A stretch of DNA of 64,000 nucleotides from Squalus acanthias. Its lineage: Eukaryota. The position numbers and the translations under genes are program-made. Below the pieces are notes generated by a model. The model saw only the letters and a program-made list of their open reading frames with translations. It was not told the origin of the DNA and searched no databases. Position 1 is the stretch's first letter; the number at the start of each line of letters is the position of its first letter. The DNA is taken from the NCBI GenBank assembly GCA_030390025.1, contig CM059432.1:34660001-34724000 (forward strand), read 5' to 3'. This document shows positions 24,801-39,800 of this stretch, piece by piece.

Positions 24801-27800
24801 GCCATGGCTGACAAAGGAATTCAATAGGGTAGACGCACTCCTTCATTCAGCACTATTCTGGAGTCTCAGCCCACTTCTGGGCTCAATTTCCAGTGTTGTG
24901 CTAAATCCCAGAACTTTCTGACTCAGAGGACAGAGTTCGAGCAACTACACCCTGCCAAATGTAAGTCCAGCTCTAATGATACATACATCGTTTCACATTT
25001 ATTATTAGCCTAATGAGGCTTCTAAGTGAGTAAAGGTGGAGCAAGTCATGTGTGTCCTATATGTGGTAGGAACTGAAACCACAACAGTTTGACTCAATGG
25101 TTAATTCTTATAACTGTTAAAGACATCACGGGAAATAATGTTTTAATGTTGTTCTGTGTGTGGCGATGTGCAGAAACCCCTATGCTCATTCAACTTTCCC
25201 CCATATGTAATGTGCAGGTCACCACATCACCAGTGATCATTTCTTTCTTTCTTCCTGTCTATAATTTCTGGCACCGACCGTCCATCTAGCTCAAACCTGC
25301 TAACGACCAAGCCCCATTCTAGGACTTGAGCCCAGTTTCTAGGCTGACCCTTCAGGGCAGTCCTGAGGGAGGACTGGACTGTCGAAGGTGCCTCACTAAT
25401 GAACCGAGCTGGTTGGTCAATCATCAGTCGTGCCCTGAAGAACTGTAAGGATGTCTCACCCAGGCGCAAATTGCCCGAGTTTACTACAGAGCACTGACTC
25501 GGCCCCAATCTTCCGTTGGCAGCGCCGTACCTTGGAGCCAGTTTGAACCCAAACACACTCTGCTTACTTCCTATACCCAATGTTCCCTTTAAGCTGCATG
25601 GCTGCGCAGCGCTCTGCAGCTCCCATGCATGGGTGGGGAGGGGTACAGGCAATGTTCCATTTAATTTTTTTTGGGTGCGCTGAGTGGCCCATTCAAAATT
25701 CCGTGCACGTGCGATTTTTCCTATTTAATCGGCGGTGAGCCGGCTACACGGGAACTGCAGAGCGCTGCGCGGCCTATGGTGACGCATTCACATAGTGTTA
25801 CATGACTCTTGCCTATAGCTTACTCTAACCTTCTTATCCGGAAACTTCCAGAACATTCTCCAGGTTCTACCAAAAGCTCCTATAACATTACAAATTATGG
25901 AACGCCTAAAATGAGTCCTCACAAGACCACAGTCAACAGAGACAGAAGAACTTAACCTCCACAGTCAAAGTGTTAAGCTGTAAGTTGAAGCGTATTACTC
26001 TAACCCTGCATCAATTGTTAGTGAAGCCCTGTTTGGAATATGTTCCATCAATTTAATGGCCCAGCTCCCTACTGGAGTGTGGAGTCTTGTGTACAGTTGT
26101 CGACAACCTGCCTTCAACATTTATAACTGAGATTATTTAATACCTCTCTCACACTCCTGAATGGGAAACAGGAAGAAGCTTGCTTTCTGATAGGCCATTC
26201 CACCTTCAGCTGTAGTCTCCAACTGCACTCTCCTGCACAACTGACCTTGTCTCTATGCCTCTCATTTATTGGTCCTACTGTGGTCAATGCTCCTCTGAAG
26301 TTACCTTCCTTCTTCCCTTTAAACTCTCCCTGCTCCTTCCTACATCCTCATACAATCCGTGTCCACACATTCCAGCAGGAGTCACTGGGGGGGCGGGGGG
26401 GGTGGGGGTTGCTATTTTCCCCTCCTTAGTTCAAGGTCTCTGGGGCCAATTGTCCCCCCTACTGCCAATCCCAGCTGAGATCAGCTAACTCAGTGCAGAC
26501 CAGAGATTAAACCATAGGCTTTCTTCTCTGTATGGCTCAGTACCACACTTGACCTGACCAATAGTGCCACTAGGGGAGGGATTGGATACTCATTCTAAAC
26601 AACTTCACCGCTCACCAATCATGCACACATGTGCGTGCACATGCACATTCACACAGACACACACAAACCATACATGACACACGCTCATCCAGATGCACAT
26701 GCATACACTCTCATCCAGCCAGACAGCCATAAACACACAAACCCATGCACACCCCCATGCATGCCACATACAGACCCAGACACACACCCATGCCTCCACA
26801 CCCACAGACACACACACCCATAGACAAGCGTATGCTTGCTCATGCACACCCATACATCCACATAGAAACATAGAAACATAGAAGATAGGAGCAGGAGTAG
26901 GCCATTTGGCCCCTCGAGCCTGCTCCGCCATTCGCTGAGATCATGGCCGATCATCCAAACTCAGTACCCTGTACCTGCCTTCTCCCCATATCCCTTGATA
27001 CCTTTAGCTTTAAGAAATATATCTAACTCATTCTTGAATATATTTAATGACTTGGCCTCAACTACCTTCTGTGGTAGAGAATTCCACAGGTTCACCACTC
27101 TCTGGGTGAAGAAATTCTTCCTCATTTCTGTCCTAAATGGCTTACCCGTTATCCTTAGTTTTGACCCCTGGTTCTGGACTCTCCGACCATCGGGAACATT
27201 CTTCCTGCATCTAGTTTGTCCAGACCTGTCAGAATTTTATATGTTTCAATGAGATCCCCTCTCATTCTTCTATACTCCAGCGAGTATAAGCCCAATCGAC
27301 CCAATCTCTCCTCCTATGTCATTCCTGCCATCCCAGGTATCAGCCTTGTGAATCTTCGCTGAACTCCCTCCATGGCAAGAACATCCTTCCTCAGATAAGG
27401 CGACCAAAACTGCACACAATACTCAAGGTGTGGTCTCACCAAGGCCCTGTACAACTGCAGCAGGACATCCCTGTTCCTATACTCAAACCCTTTCGCTATG
27501 AAGGCCAACATACCATTTGCCTTCTTCACCGCCTGCTGCACCTGCATGCTTACCTTCAGCGACTGGTGCACAAGGACACCCAGGTCTCGTTGCACTTCCC
27601 CTTCTCCCAATCTATTGCCATTCAGATAATAGTCTGCCTTTCTGTTTTTGACACCAAAGTGGATAACCTCGCATTTATCCACGTTATATTGCATCTGCCA
27701 CGCTTCTGCCCACTCACCCAACCTGTCCAAATCATCCTGGAGTTTCTCGGTATCCTCCTCGCAGCACACACTCCCACCCAGCTTTGTGTCATCTGCAAAC

Positions 27801-30800
27801 TTGGAGATATTACATTTAGTTCCCTTATCTAGATCATTAATGTATATTGTGAATAGCTGGGGTCCAAGGACCGATCCCTGCGGTATCCCACTAGTCACTG
27901 CTTGCCACTCGGAAAAAGACTCATTAATTCCTACTCTTTGCTTTCTGTCCGCCAACCAGTTCTCTATCCAAGTCAATACCTTGCCCCCAATCCCATGTGC
28001 CTTAACTTTACACGCTAATCTCTTATGCGGGACCTTATCGAAAGCCTTTTGAAAGTCCAAATACACCACATCTACTGGTTCTCCCTTATCTATTTTCCTA
28101 GTTACATCCTCAAAAAATTCCAGTAGATTAGTCAAGCACGATTTACCTTTTGTAAATCCATGTTGACTTTGTCCGATCCTGTCACTGTTTTTCAAGTGCT
28201 CAGCTATTACATCCTTTATAATGAACTCTAGCATTTTCCCCACTACCGATGTCAGGCTGTAATTCCCCGCTTTCTCTCTACCACCCTTTTTGAATAGTGG
28301 GGTAACATTAGCTACCCTCCAATCCATGGGTACAGTTCCAGATTCCATCGAATGTTGGAAGATGATCAGCAATGCATCTACTATTTCTAGAGCCACTTCC
28401 TTAAGTACCCTAGGATGTAAATTATCAGGCCCTGGGGATTTATCGGCCTTCAATCCCGTCAATTTCCCTAACACCATTTCCCTGCAAATACAGATTTCTT
28501 TCAGTTCCTCCCTTTCATCAGACCGTATGTTCTCCAACATCTCTGGGAGGTTATTTGTGTTACTATATACCCACACAAACACACTCTACCACACCCATAT
28601 ACACACCCACTCACAACCACATCCACTCCCTAACACCCATATATACACACCCACTCATACACAAAAATACACATACAGCTATGCACGCACTCCCACATAC
28701 GTACACCCACAGCCACCCCATACACAAAAACACGTGTACCCACACATACACAGCCACAAGCCCAGAGATACTCACACACACACGTCCATACGGGGAGGAT
28801 GTTCCCGATGACGGGTGAGACGAGAACTAGGGGACATAGTCTTAGAATAAGGGGCTGCTCTTTCAAAACTGAGATGAGGAGGAACTACTTCACTCAGAGG
28901 GTGGTAGGTCCATGGAATATGCTGCCACAAAAAGCTGTAGAAGCTACAACATTAATTAAATTTAAAACAGAAATAGACAGTTTCCTAGAAGTAAAGGGCA
29001 TTAAGGGTTACGGGGAGCGGGCAGGAATTTGGACATGAGTCTAGGTTCGGATCGGTCATGGCCCTGTGGGTAGTGGAGCGGGCCCAGGGACTGTGTAGCC
29101 TGATTCTGCTCCTATTTCGTGTGTGCAATTCTGTTAGATGCAGGAGATGGTTCTGTGATAGATAGTAGATTGGCGGTTAGGATCAGATCAGCCATGATCT
29201 TATTGAATGGCGGAGCAGGCTCGAGGGGCCGTTTGGCCTACTCCTGCTCCTATTTCTTATGTTCTTATGTTCATACACACCCACACCTGACACCTAGACA
29301 TACACAATGATGCCCAAACACACCTATTTACACAGCCTCACACATCTACAAGTATCCACGCACCAACATTCAGAAACCCACGCCCATACACCCAAACTAA
29401 TATAACCACTCACAAACACATCTATACTAGCACCTGTCAGTTTGGCTCAGTTGGTGGCACTCTTATTTCTGAGTTAGAAGTTTGCAGGTTCAAGCCCTAT
29501 TCCAGGACTGAGGGAGTGCTGCATTGTCGGAGGTGCCGTCTTTCAGCTGCAATGTTATCTGCCTGTTCAGGTGGATGTAAAAGATCCTATAGTAGCATTC
29601 GAAGAAGAGCAGTGAACTCTCCTGCTGTCCTGACCAACAGTCATCCCTCAGCCAACAGCATCAACACCTACTAACTGGCTGTTCATCTAGTTTGTTGTTT
29701 GTGGGATCTTGTTGTGCTTCTGTGTTTGCCTACAATGCTTGAAAAGTACTCACTGGCTGTGAAAATTCCAAGGATGTGAAACATTCTGTATAAATGCATG
29801 TGCTTTCTTTTAAACAGACGCTGGTATCTGGAACTGCATTCTGTTGTCTCCTGGCCTTTGTTACTGCAAAACAGTTCCTTAAATAAACGAGACAGACAAT
29901 AACACAAAGAATTGTTACCTGATAAAATGAATGGAAATTCCTCTCTCCTCGTTGCTGAACAAGCACTCGTGACTGTGCAGGGAGAGAAAAAAATATTTCA
30001 CAACTCAAGGACAGGGACCATGAAAGTTAGCAACAAAATACTCCCCAGAAAATGTTGAAAGTACACAACAGGTCCACTAGCATCAGGCAAAGTAAAAGAC
30101 ACAGGTCACATTTCAGGGTGAGACCCTCTGTTTGAACAGTCTTCTCATCTGATGAAGCATGACAATCCTTATTTCGAATCATCAAAAGCTGTTCTGATCC
30201 TGAACTCAGAACTAAAGCAAAGGTAAAGAATAATCGGAAAAAGTAAGAACTGCCCATGAAAAGCACACAGATTTATACATTGTCAGGGGAAGAGAGACAC
30301 AAACACAGAGGAAGAGAGACAAGGAGAGAGGGAAAGAGAGAAAAAGAAAGAGAGGCAGAGAAACAGACAGAAAGAGTGAGGCCGGAATTTTCTCCAGGTA
30401 GACGGGTTGGGGGCGGGAAACCCGGGAGGCCGGGTTTCCCACAGGTCCTGCCAACTTTAACGGCAGGGCCTGATTTGCATGTGTGGCCTCGGATTCCTGC
30501 CCGCAGCCAGCCAGATTGAGAGGCTGGCTGGCTGCAGACGGATAGACCTGCAGATGTGAAGAGGGAGTGAGGGGTCGGTCCGGGGGAGGGATCGTGGGGG
30601 ATCGGGAATCGGCAATGGAGGATCGGGGATCATGGGGGGTCGGGAATCGGCAATGGAGGATCGAGGATCATGGGGGGTCGACAGGAGGTCGGCCGGAGCA
30701 TCAGCATGGGGGGTCAGCCAGAATTGGCGGGGGGCGGGGTTTGGAGGATCGGCGGGGGGGTGGGGGTGGGGGGGAGGTCAGCCGGGGATTGGCGGGTCGG

Positions 30801-33800
30801 GGATTGGCAGGGGGGTTGGGGGGGGTGGTGGGAGAGAGAGGATCGGGGCCAGCAACCAGAGGATTGTGGCTGGTCTCAACATCATGGGCGGGGTGGCGAG
30901 GGGAGGCCGCATGGTGGGGATCGGAGGCCTGAGACGGCGATCGGAGGCCTCGTAAGGGGGTCTCCGATCGCGGGGGGTGGGTTAGGCAGGGACCCTGGAT
31001 CCAGGAGGTAGGTATAAAGCCACTTACCTCATCGATGCAGCAGTCCCCGCCTCTGTTTAACTGCCGGGTTTCCCAAATTGTGTGAAACCCGTCCTCATGC
31101 AGTTAAATTCAAAATGGAGGGGAAAAAAGAGGCTTCCGTCCTCATTATAATATTTAAATTGAGGTACGGCGCCCTGGGAGCGGGTTGGTTCCCCGCTCCC
31201 CATCCCGCCCCTGTCCCACCTCCGTTAAAACCGGAAGTGGGGGGTTGGAGGCGGGATCAGGTCGGGAATCCTATTTTTAACAATTTAACTGCCCCACACT
31301 CCAAACCCACCTTTTTTTTAGGGGATAATTCTGGCCTGAGAGACAGAAAGAGAGACAGTGGCCGCGATTTTCCCGACCTCGGCGTGTCTGTGGCGGGCAA
31401 CGTCGGTGGCGGTCGTGGCCGCGGTCTCGCTGCCGGCTCCATCCCGGCCTCCGACGTGACTTTCCCCTGATTGGGCTTGTTAAGCCCGCCCAGCGGGTTT
31501 CCTGGCCAATTGAATGAAGCGAGTCCGATGACGTCATTTGATGACGCATCATCAGCCGGTTTCCTTAAAGGGACCATGCGCAAATTTACTTTGACATTTG
31601 TGCTGTCAGTGTTCTACAGCATTGAGGTGCTGCAAACACTGACAAGCACTGCACACAGTGCACGGCTGCACCCAGGCTCTCCCATGACTCCCTCCATATG
31701 CTTATGCAGGGAGTCACAGCACGCAGGGAGGTTCTCTTCCCTTTCAATGGGCGGAAGAGACCTTCCCAGGAGACCAACACAGCCTGGTTGCACATTGCAC
31801 AGTAGGGCACAAGCAGGAATGTCGTCAGGAGGACCAGGCTGCAGTGGCACAAACCTTTCAATGATCTCAGTAGATCATGAAATGTTACTGCAAAGCCACA
31901 CTCCACCTCATCCTGCTGTGCCATTCATCACATCCCCATCACTCTGCCTTCCCTACCCTACTCCTGCACATTCATACTCACACCAACTTACCTTGCACCT
32001 CTGCCCATCCCTCTCTATCTACATTATCACTTCCGCATCTCACTAGCCACCCCTCACACTCACCCTCATCCTTGTCCAAATAACAACACACAAGGGTAGG
32101 CACTTGTGTGTTTTAGCCAATGTTCATGTGAAGTTTTTGTTAATGTACTGTCAAACATTGAAATCTTTATTTTCAACACTTTGCGCTCTTGGACCGATTT
32201 TGTGCACCTTTGGAATTGGATTATTGAGTTGCAGTGAATGGTGAGACATAACAGTACCCCCACAATGCTGATGAGTGTGAAAGGAACGGCTTGGGCATTG
32301 TAGGAATGCTTTATGTTGTTGGTGTGGGGTGGTGCCAACCTGGCGCATCATGTGGCAGCCGGGGTGTGCAGCGTCAAGTGAAGTAAATCTGGCCATGGTG
32401 AGGCCATCCCTGGTGTCCCAGGCAGCAATGTGATCGGTGCTGATGCCCTGTGTCCTGTGCAGCATCAGGTGATTGTGGAAAAGGTTGGTGCTGTTGTTGG
32501 TGCTGCTGGTGTGCCTGGTGCTGCTGGTGTTGGGGTTGGTCGTGGTCAGATTCTGATGACCAAGGTGAGACAGTATAAAGTGCACTGATACTGCTGGAAT
32601 AGATAGCAGGTGAAGTAGAGATGACAGAAGCGATCAGTCAATGGTGGGAGCGGTAATGAGGTCAGACTGGATGGAGAGTTGTGTAAAGACTTGCAGCATT
32701 CTGAATCTGTAGTGGAAATGCAGTTCAGAGAAGCTAGTGGTTAAGGGAACATTTCTCAATCAGCTGGGAGCTTTGACTTGACTTTTGAAGCTGTCAACTC
32801 ATCAGCTGATTCAATGGCCACTGACCTCCCGCCTCAGCTTCACTGACGAGGTCTAGGCACAACGGGATACCGGTGGGCGACCTGTCAAATTCAAAAAGCT
32901 GGGAAAAAACACATTGTTAAGTGGCTGTAAACAAGCCACTAATGATTTGGATGGGTCCCCCGCTGCTGCCTGTCAGGTCTGCTCAGCGCAGGCAGACCCG
33001 ACATCGGGAAATGCAAGTGTCCGCGTTTTGACAGCAGGTTCCTGACCCGCTGTCAATCACTTTAAATTTCACAGCTGACCCGCCACCAATCGAGTCTGCT
33101 GAGCGCCGGCAAAATCGCAGCCAGTGAATGAGAGACGGAATGATAAGCATAGTGATACAATGATAGATATAGAGAGATACAGAGAAACAGAAATAGAAAA
33201 GAACACACAGAAACAGAGAGAAACAGACAAAGAGCGAGTGAGAAACAGAGAGTGATAAAGTGAGTGAGCTTTAGAGAGATAGACAGAGAAAAAGAAAGAG
33301 AGAGAAATATACAGAAACAGAGAATGAAAGAGAAAGAGAGGCAGAGAAAGAAAGAGACAGGCACAGATATCTTTCCGGAGCTATCCACCGCGGGCGGAGT
33401 ACACTGGAAGGGCAAATTCAGGGCCTGTGACTTTAAGAAAACAAAAGGCATTTTCTTACCTTCTCGAGCAAATAGTTGTTGATGTGCCCACCGGTGGGGT
33501 CCCCTTTGAAGTCGAAGTTGATGTCCATGTACTTCCCAAAGCGACTGGAGTTGTCGTTCCGATTCGTCTTCGCATTCCCAAACGCCTCAAGGACGCAGTT
33601 TGATTTCAGCAAAGTATTTTTCACACTTGCGGGGGAAATATATAAACTACATGGTCAGAATGAAATGTCCTGTTCTGGGGCTACAGGTAGCACAGTGGAA
33701 ATATCAACCTCTTGCTCCAAATATTCACTCCCCTTCAAGAGAATTTTCTCCGCAGTGGAAAGACTGTTCATCGAGTCTCTGCCCAGAATTCAGTTTTAAG

Positions 33801-36800
33801 TCTCAGGATCCTTGGGGTAAATATTCACCCTCACTGCCTGGGCGATAATGTTATGGACGGTATCTCCCGCGTGATTTTCGCCTCATTGATTTTTTTTGTC
33901 ATCGCCATCGACAACAACAACAACTTGTATTTATATAGCGCCTTTAACATAGTAAAACATCCCAAGGTGCTTCACAGGACAAAAAAAAAGGAGCTTCACA
34001 GGAGCGTAATCAGACAAAAGTTGATACCGAGCCAAAGAAGGAGATATTAGGACTTAGTCAAAAAGCTTAGTCAAAGAGATAGATTTTAAGGAAGGTTTTA
34101 AAGTAGGAGAGAGAGGTGGAGAGATTTAGGGAGGCCAGAGATTATGGCCTAGACGGCTGAAGGCACGGCCACCAATGGTGGGGTCAAGGAAGTGGGGAAT
34201 ATGCAAGAGACCAGAATTGGAAGCATGCAGAGTTCTCGAAGAGTTGTAGTCAGTCAAAACGTTGAGAAATGTTCCAGTATAATTCAGTAACAGCTTCATA
34301 TTTTTTTTAATTCATTCTCGGGATGTGCGTATTGCTGGCAATGCCACCATTTATTACCCATCCCTAGTTACCCTGAGAAGGTAGTGGTGGGCCTTCTTCT
34401 TAAACCGCTGATAGCGGTTTTGATACAGCTAGGCCTCCTTGGAGGGTGGTGGGACTCATTTCTCAATTATTTATCAGCAGGATTTGTATTTTGAGACAAT
34501 GCACAAATTGTCAGAGATTCCATTATAGGTTTTACACTCACAACATCCCTCTCACTTCCCCAAGTACTATATAAACACTGTATCACCCGTTCATCCCCTG
34601 CACTTCGATTTTAAAATTCTGATCCTCATATTCTAATCCTTCCATGGCCTCGCCCCTCCCTATCTCTGTAACCTCCTCCAGCCCTACAACCCTCCGAGCA
34701 CTCTGTGTTCCTCCTTCGGTGGCCTCTTGTGCATCCCTCACTCCTCTCGCTCTACCATTGGAGGCCGTGCTGTCATCTGTCTTGGCCCTAAGCCCTGGAA
34801 CTCCCTCCCTAAACCGCCTCACCTCGCTACCTCTCTCTCCTCCTTTAAGATGTTCCTTAAAGCTTACCTCTTTGAGCAAGGTTTTGGCTGGCTGTCCTTC
34901 TTTGGCTCGGTGTCAAATTTTATCTAATAACGCTCTTGCGAAGCTCCTTGGGACATTTTACTATGTTAAAGGTGCTATATTATTCCAGGTTGTTGTTGTA
35001 TCAGATCCAGGCCTGGGTTTAGATAAACTTGGTATAACATGCAACAAGACGCGCGGGACTAGCTCTTACCTCTCAACCTCCACCCTCTGGCTGGGGTTGG
35101 TGATGGCTGCAATGTACTGCATTATATATTTACTCGCCTCTGTCTTGCCGGCACCACTCTCACCTGAAAATAGGAATGAGGAGACATCCTGTTTTAATCC
35201 AGTATCTGCGGCATAGCCTGTCACATTTTTTATATAGACGCAAGCAGGAAATAAACAAGATGGTGGCCAGTTGTCAGGAAGTTACAATATAAAGGTCAGC
35301 CAAGCTGGGCTTGTGTCAATCTTAGTTCAGTCGGCAGCACTCTCACCTCTGAATCAGATGGTTATGGGTTCATGCCCCACTCCATGAGTTAAACTCATAA
35401 TCCAGGCCAACACTTCTGTGCAGTACTGAATGAGGCTCCGTCTGCACTCTCAGGTGGCTATGAAAGACCCTACGGTACTATCTGAGGAACAGAGTTGTCC
35501 TGGCCAGAACTTTTTTCTCTTTTTTTATTCATTCTCGGAAGGTTTGCATTCTTTGCTCATCCCTAGTTGCCCTTGAAAAGATGGTGGTAGATGTTTGAAA
35601 AAACTGAGCAGCTTGCTTGGCTACTTCAGAGGCCAGTTAAGGGCCAGTTGGGAGTGGAGTCACATATAGGTCAGACCAGGTAAGGACAGCAGATTTTCTT
35701 CTCATCTACGTGCTGCTCCTTGGCGACATCATCCTTACACTGATGACACCCAGCTCTACCTCACCACCACCTTTCTCAACCCCTTCACGCCACCTGTGTT
35801 GTCAGGTTGCTTGCCTGACATCCTGTACTGGAGGAGCAAAAATTTCCTCAAATTAAACATTGGGAAGATGGAAGCCTGTGGCCCGTATTTTCCGATCGCA
35901 GGCCTCCCGTGGGCAGAGGCCTGCAATCTGGAAAAATCTGCGCCCTTACCCGAGGGCTCCCGGGACGCACACGCTTCCGCTCCTGGGCCTCACCAAACTC
36001 CAAGTGCGCAGGGCCCACGTATCCCAGGGGCGCATGTAGTTCGCAGCATCCCTGGGATCATGTGGGCCATGGGGAGCCAATCACAGAAGGGAATCTCCCT
36101 TCATACACTTGACAGGAAAACCTGTCAAATATATGAATGGAGATCAATGAAAAAACATAGTAAAACTTTAAATACATTAAAAAAAAAATCACATTTTTAA
36201 AATGACTTGAAATTACAATAAATTAAGGGGGAGAAATTCAGTATCGCCCCATTTGGGGCGCAATTATCGGCCGGGCACAAAGATTAGCGCCTGGCGTTAA
36301 TTATCGCCACCGACTGCAAACTTGACTTTTATCGCCCCTGGAAGTGATTGGAGCGCTAAATCAGGCGCTTCACACCTGTCTTACGGCGCAAAGGCCGAGG
36401 AGCGAGGCGCTACCTCAGAGTGCTGGCGAAGCTCATGTGATGTCAGTCAGCAATGGAACACACACACAATGGCGCGGGCCAGTTCTTAAAGGGGAGGGTT
36501 GATCTTGCTTTCCATCCACATCCTGCTCATTGCAGCCTTGAATCTCGGCCTGGAGAGACCTGCACATCAAATCTACTGGAAATAACAATGGAGAGTACCA
36601 GGGAAAGAGCTCAGAGTGCAGCCCCCACAGTCTCTTCTAAATCGATACAAGGGCAAATCAAAATGAACCTGCAAAGTGCTGCTCAGTACCCAAAACTCCT
36701 TCACACAGCGTTGAATGTCTCCAGAAGTCTCTCTCTCTCTCAGAATGCGTGGTTCAAAAATGTCACCAACAATAAAAGGCAGGAAGCGGTCGCCTTTAAA

Positions 36801-39800
36801 TAGCGCTCCCCCAGTCCCTTCCTGACTGCAAAACGCTCCCTTCAACCTGTCGTTGCCAGCGGCAGGCGGTAAGGCAGGGGGCGCCACTCAATATCCGGTC
36901 CGGGGCGATACTGGGGCGTTGTGCACTCAACTGACGTCACGATCTGCCGGCGCAGGAGATCGTGGTGGTAGTGTTTAGCGCCGCCGCAAAATGTCTAGTT
37001 AATTTCGCGAGCGGCGCAAACATCGCCGCGCCTGGGCGCTAGATGCTTTGCGCCCCATTAGCGCCCTCTTAAGGCGCTAACGGGAGGCGCAACCCCCTAA
37101 GTATTTTAAACAGAAATGTAATTTTTTGAAAAAAATAATTGAAGTATTTTACAGGGCTAAAAATAAACTTACCTTTTTTTTAAAGTATTTTTAAATGATA
37201 AATCAGTGAAATTTAAAAAAAAAAACTTTTTTCAACTCTTATCCTGGTAAAAGCAGGCCTTATGCCTGCTTTTACCAGGCGTAAGAATTGTAAGGGTTTT
37301 CTGCGGGCGGAGGGTCTCCAAAAAGCGGAACTATCCGCCCGCAGAGGCCCTTCTCCAGGGCAGCCGGAGGATCTGTCAAGACCAATCCTGACAGATCAAA
37401 ATGCCGGTTTTCAGCGCATGCTGTAATATTGCCCATATCTGCCCCAGCCCCTGCTCAGCTCATCTCTTGCTGAAACCCTCATTCATGCTTTTAAGAACAT
37501 AAGAAATAGGAGCTGGAGTAGGCCATTTGGCCCCTTGAGCCTGCTCCGCCATTCAATAAGATCATGGCTGATCTTCTACCTCAACTCCACCTTCCTGCCC
37601 GATCCCCATATCCCTTAATTCCCTTCGTTCCCAAAAAATTATCGACCTCTATCTTGAATGTACTCAATGACTGAGCATCCACAGCTCTCTGGGGTAGAGA
37701 ATTCCAAAGATTCACAACCCTTTGAGTGGAGAAATTTCTCCTCATCTCAGTCCTAAATGGCCTACCCCTTATTCTGAGACTGTGACCTCGTGTTCTAGAT
37801 TCCCCAGACAGGGGAAACATTTTCCCAGCATTAACTCTGTCAAGTCCCTTAAGAATTTAATATGTTTCAATTAGATCATCTTTCATTCTTCTAAACTCTA
37901 GGGAATATAGGCCTAGTCAACTCAATCTCTCCTGATAGGGCAATCCCCTCATCCCAGGAACCAGTCTAGTGAACCTTTGTTGAACTCCCTCTGAGGCAAG
38001 TATATCTTTCCTTAGGTAAGGAGACCAGAACTGTACACAGTACTCCAGGTGTGGCCTCACCAATGCCCTGTATAATTGTAGTAAGACTTCTTTACTCTTA
38101 TACTCTAATCCCTTTGTAACAAAAGCTAATATACCATTTAATTTCCTAATTGCTTGCTGTACCTGCATGTTAACTTTCTGTGATTCATGTACAAGGACAC
38201 CCAGGTCCCTCTGAGTGTAAACATTTCCCAGTCTCTCACCATTCAAAAACTATTCTGCTTTTTTGTTTTTCCTACCAAAGTGGATAACTTCACACTTCCT
38301 CACATTGTATTCCATTTGCCATGTTCTTGCCCACTCAGTCAACCTGTCTATATCTCTCTGCGTCCTCCTCACTGCTTACCTTCCCACCTAACTTTGTATC
38401 ATCAGCAAACTTGGATAAGTTACACTCAGTCCCTTCATCTAAGTCATTAATATAGATTGTAAATAGCTGAGGCCCAAGCACGAATCCTTGCGGTACCCCG
38501 CTAGTTACCTGAAAAAGTCCCGTTTATTCCTACTCTCTGTTTTCTGTCCATTAACCAATCCTCAATCCATGCTAATATATTACCCCCAATACCATGAGCC
38601 CTAATTTTGTGTAATAACCTCTTGTGTGGCACCTTATCAAATGCTTTTTGAAAATCCATATACACCACATCCACTGGTTCCCCCTTATCCATCCTACTAG
38701 TTACATCTTCAAAAACCTCTAACAGATTTGTCAAACACGATTTCCCTTTCATAAAACCATGTTGACTCTGCCTAATCATATTATGATTTTCTTAAGTCCC
38801 TAATAATAGATTCTAGCATTTTCCTACTATTGATATCAGGCTAACTGGCCTATAGTTCCCCATTTTTTCTCTTCCTCCTTTCTTAAATAGCGGGGTTATG
38901 TTTGCTACCTTCCAATCCTTGGGGACTGTTCTAGAATCTAGGGAATTCTGGAAGATTAATACCAGTGCATCCACTATCTCTGCGCTACCTCTTTTAAAAC
39001 CTGAGGATGCAGGTCATCAGATCCAGGGGATTTGTCACCACTTAGTCCCATTAATTTCTCCAATACTATGGGCTGGATTTGATACTGGGGCGGGTTGGGG
39101 TCGTGTCATCCACTTTTCGTGTTATCCACCCGACTGCAATTGGATGTGGGAGATTGATGCGATTTTCACCTAATCGGGCAATTGAGTTCCAGCATGTGGG
39201 AACCCATGACCCAATTCGTGTTTTCAGTCTGAAAGTCGCCTCTGATGATGTCATCATTGCTGCTGCATTGCTGAGAGAGGACCTGGATGCAAAATGAGCA
39301 GCAGCAGCCCTAAGTCTGCTCCCAGATATTTTTGCACCACCACTCCCAGATATGTCTCCTCCTCATCCATCCTTCCAGATATGCCAGCCAGCCGTGCTCC
39401 CGCCAGGTTTCACATTCGTGGTTCAGAACAGGCGTGCTTCACGTAGAAAAAGGGTTAAAATCACAAAGGCCTTTCAAAATGGCATTATAGAGGCAATTTA
39501 GTGCTTGTTAAGGGCCTTAACAGCCTATCCCGCCTCTTAGAGGCGGGACGGAGTCGGGACCAGCAGACACGATTTAATGAAAATTGCGTGGAGGCGGGCT
39601 TGTGCCCGCCCGCCAGTTTTCGCAATTTTAACCCCCCACACGCCTCCAAACCCACCTCCATGGGTCAATGAAAATCCAGCCCTATGTCTTTACTTATACT
39701 GATTTCTTTAAGTTCCTCATTCTCTCTAGATCCTTGGTTCCCAATTATTTCTGGAATGTTTTTTGTGTCTTCTACTGTGAAGACAGATACAAAGGGCTGG

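Noticed and set aside
26620..26860. CA-rich and GA-rich ORFs (also 28560-28790, 30290-30378, 33130-33365)
   Set aside because: Degenerate microsatellite or low-complexity sequence
27314..28582. 422-aa RT ORF as a functional or domesticated gene
   Set aside because: 5'-truncated CR1 lacking the endonuclease; its start lies in flanking low-complexity DNA and it stops early
30040..30170. Second possible Penelope/hammerhead relic (CTGATGA at ~30149)
   Set aside because: Core and stems are degenerate; no complete motif on either strand
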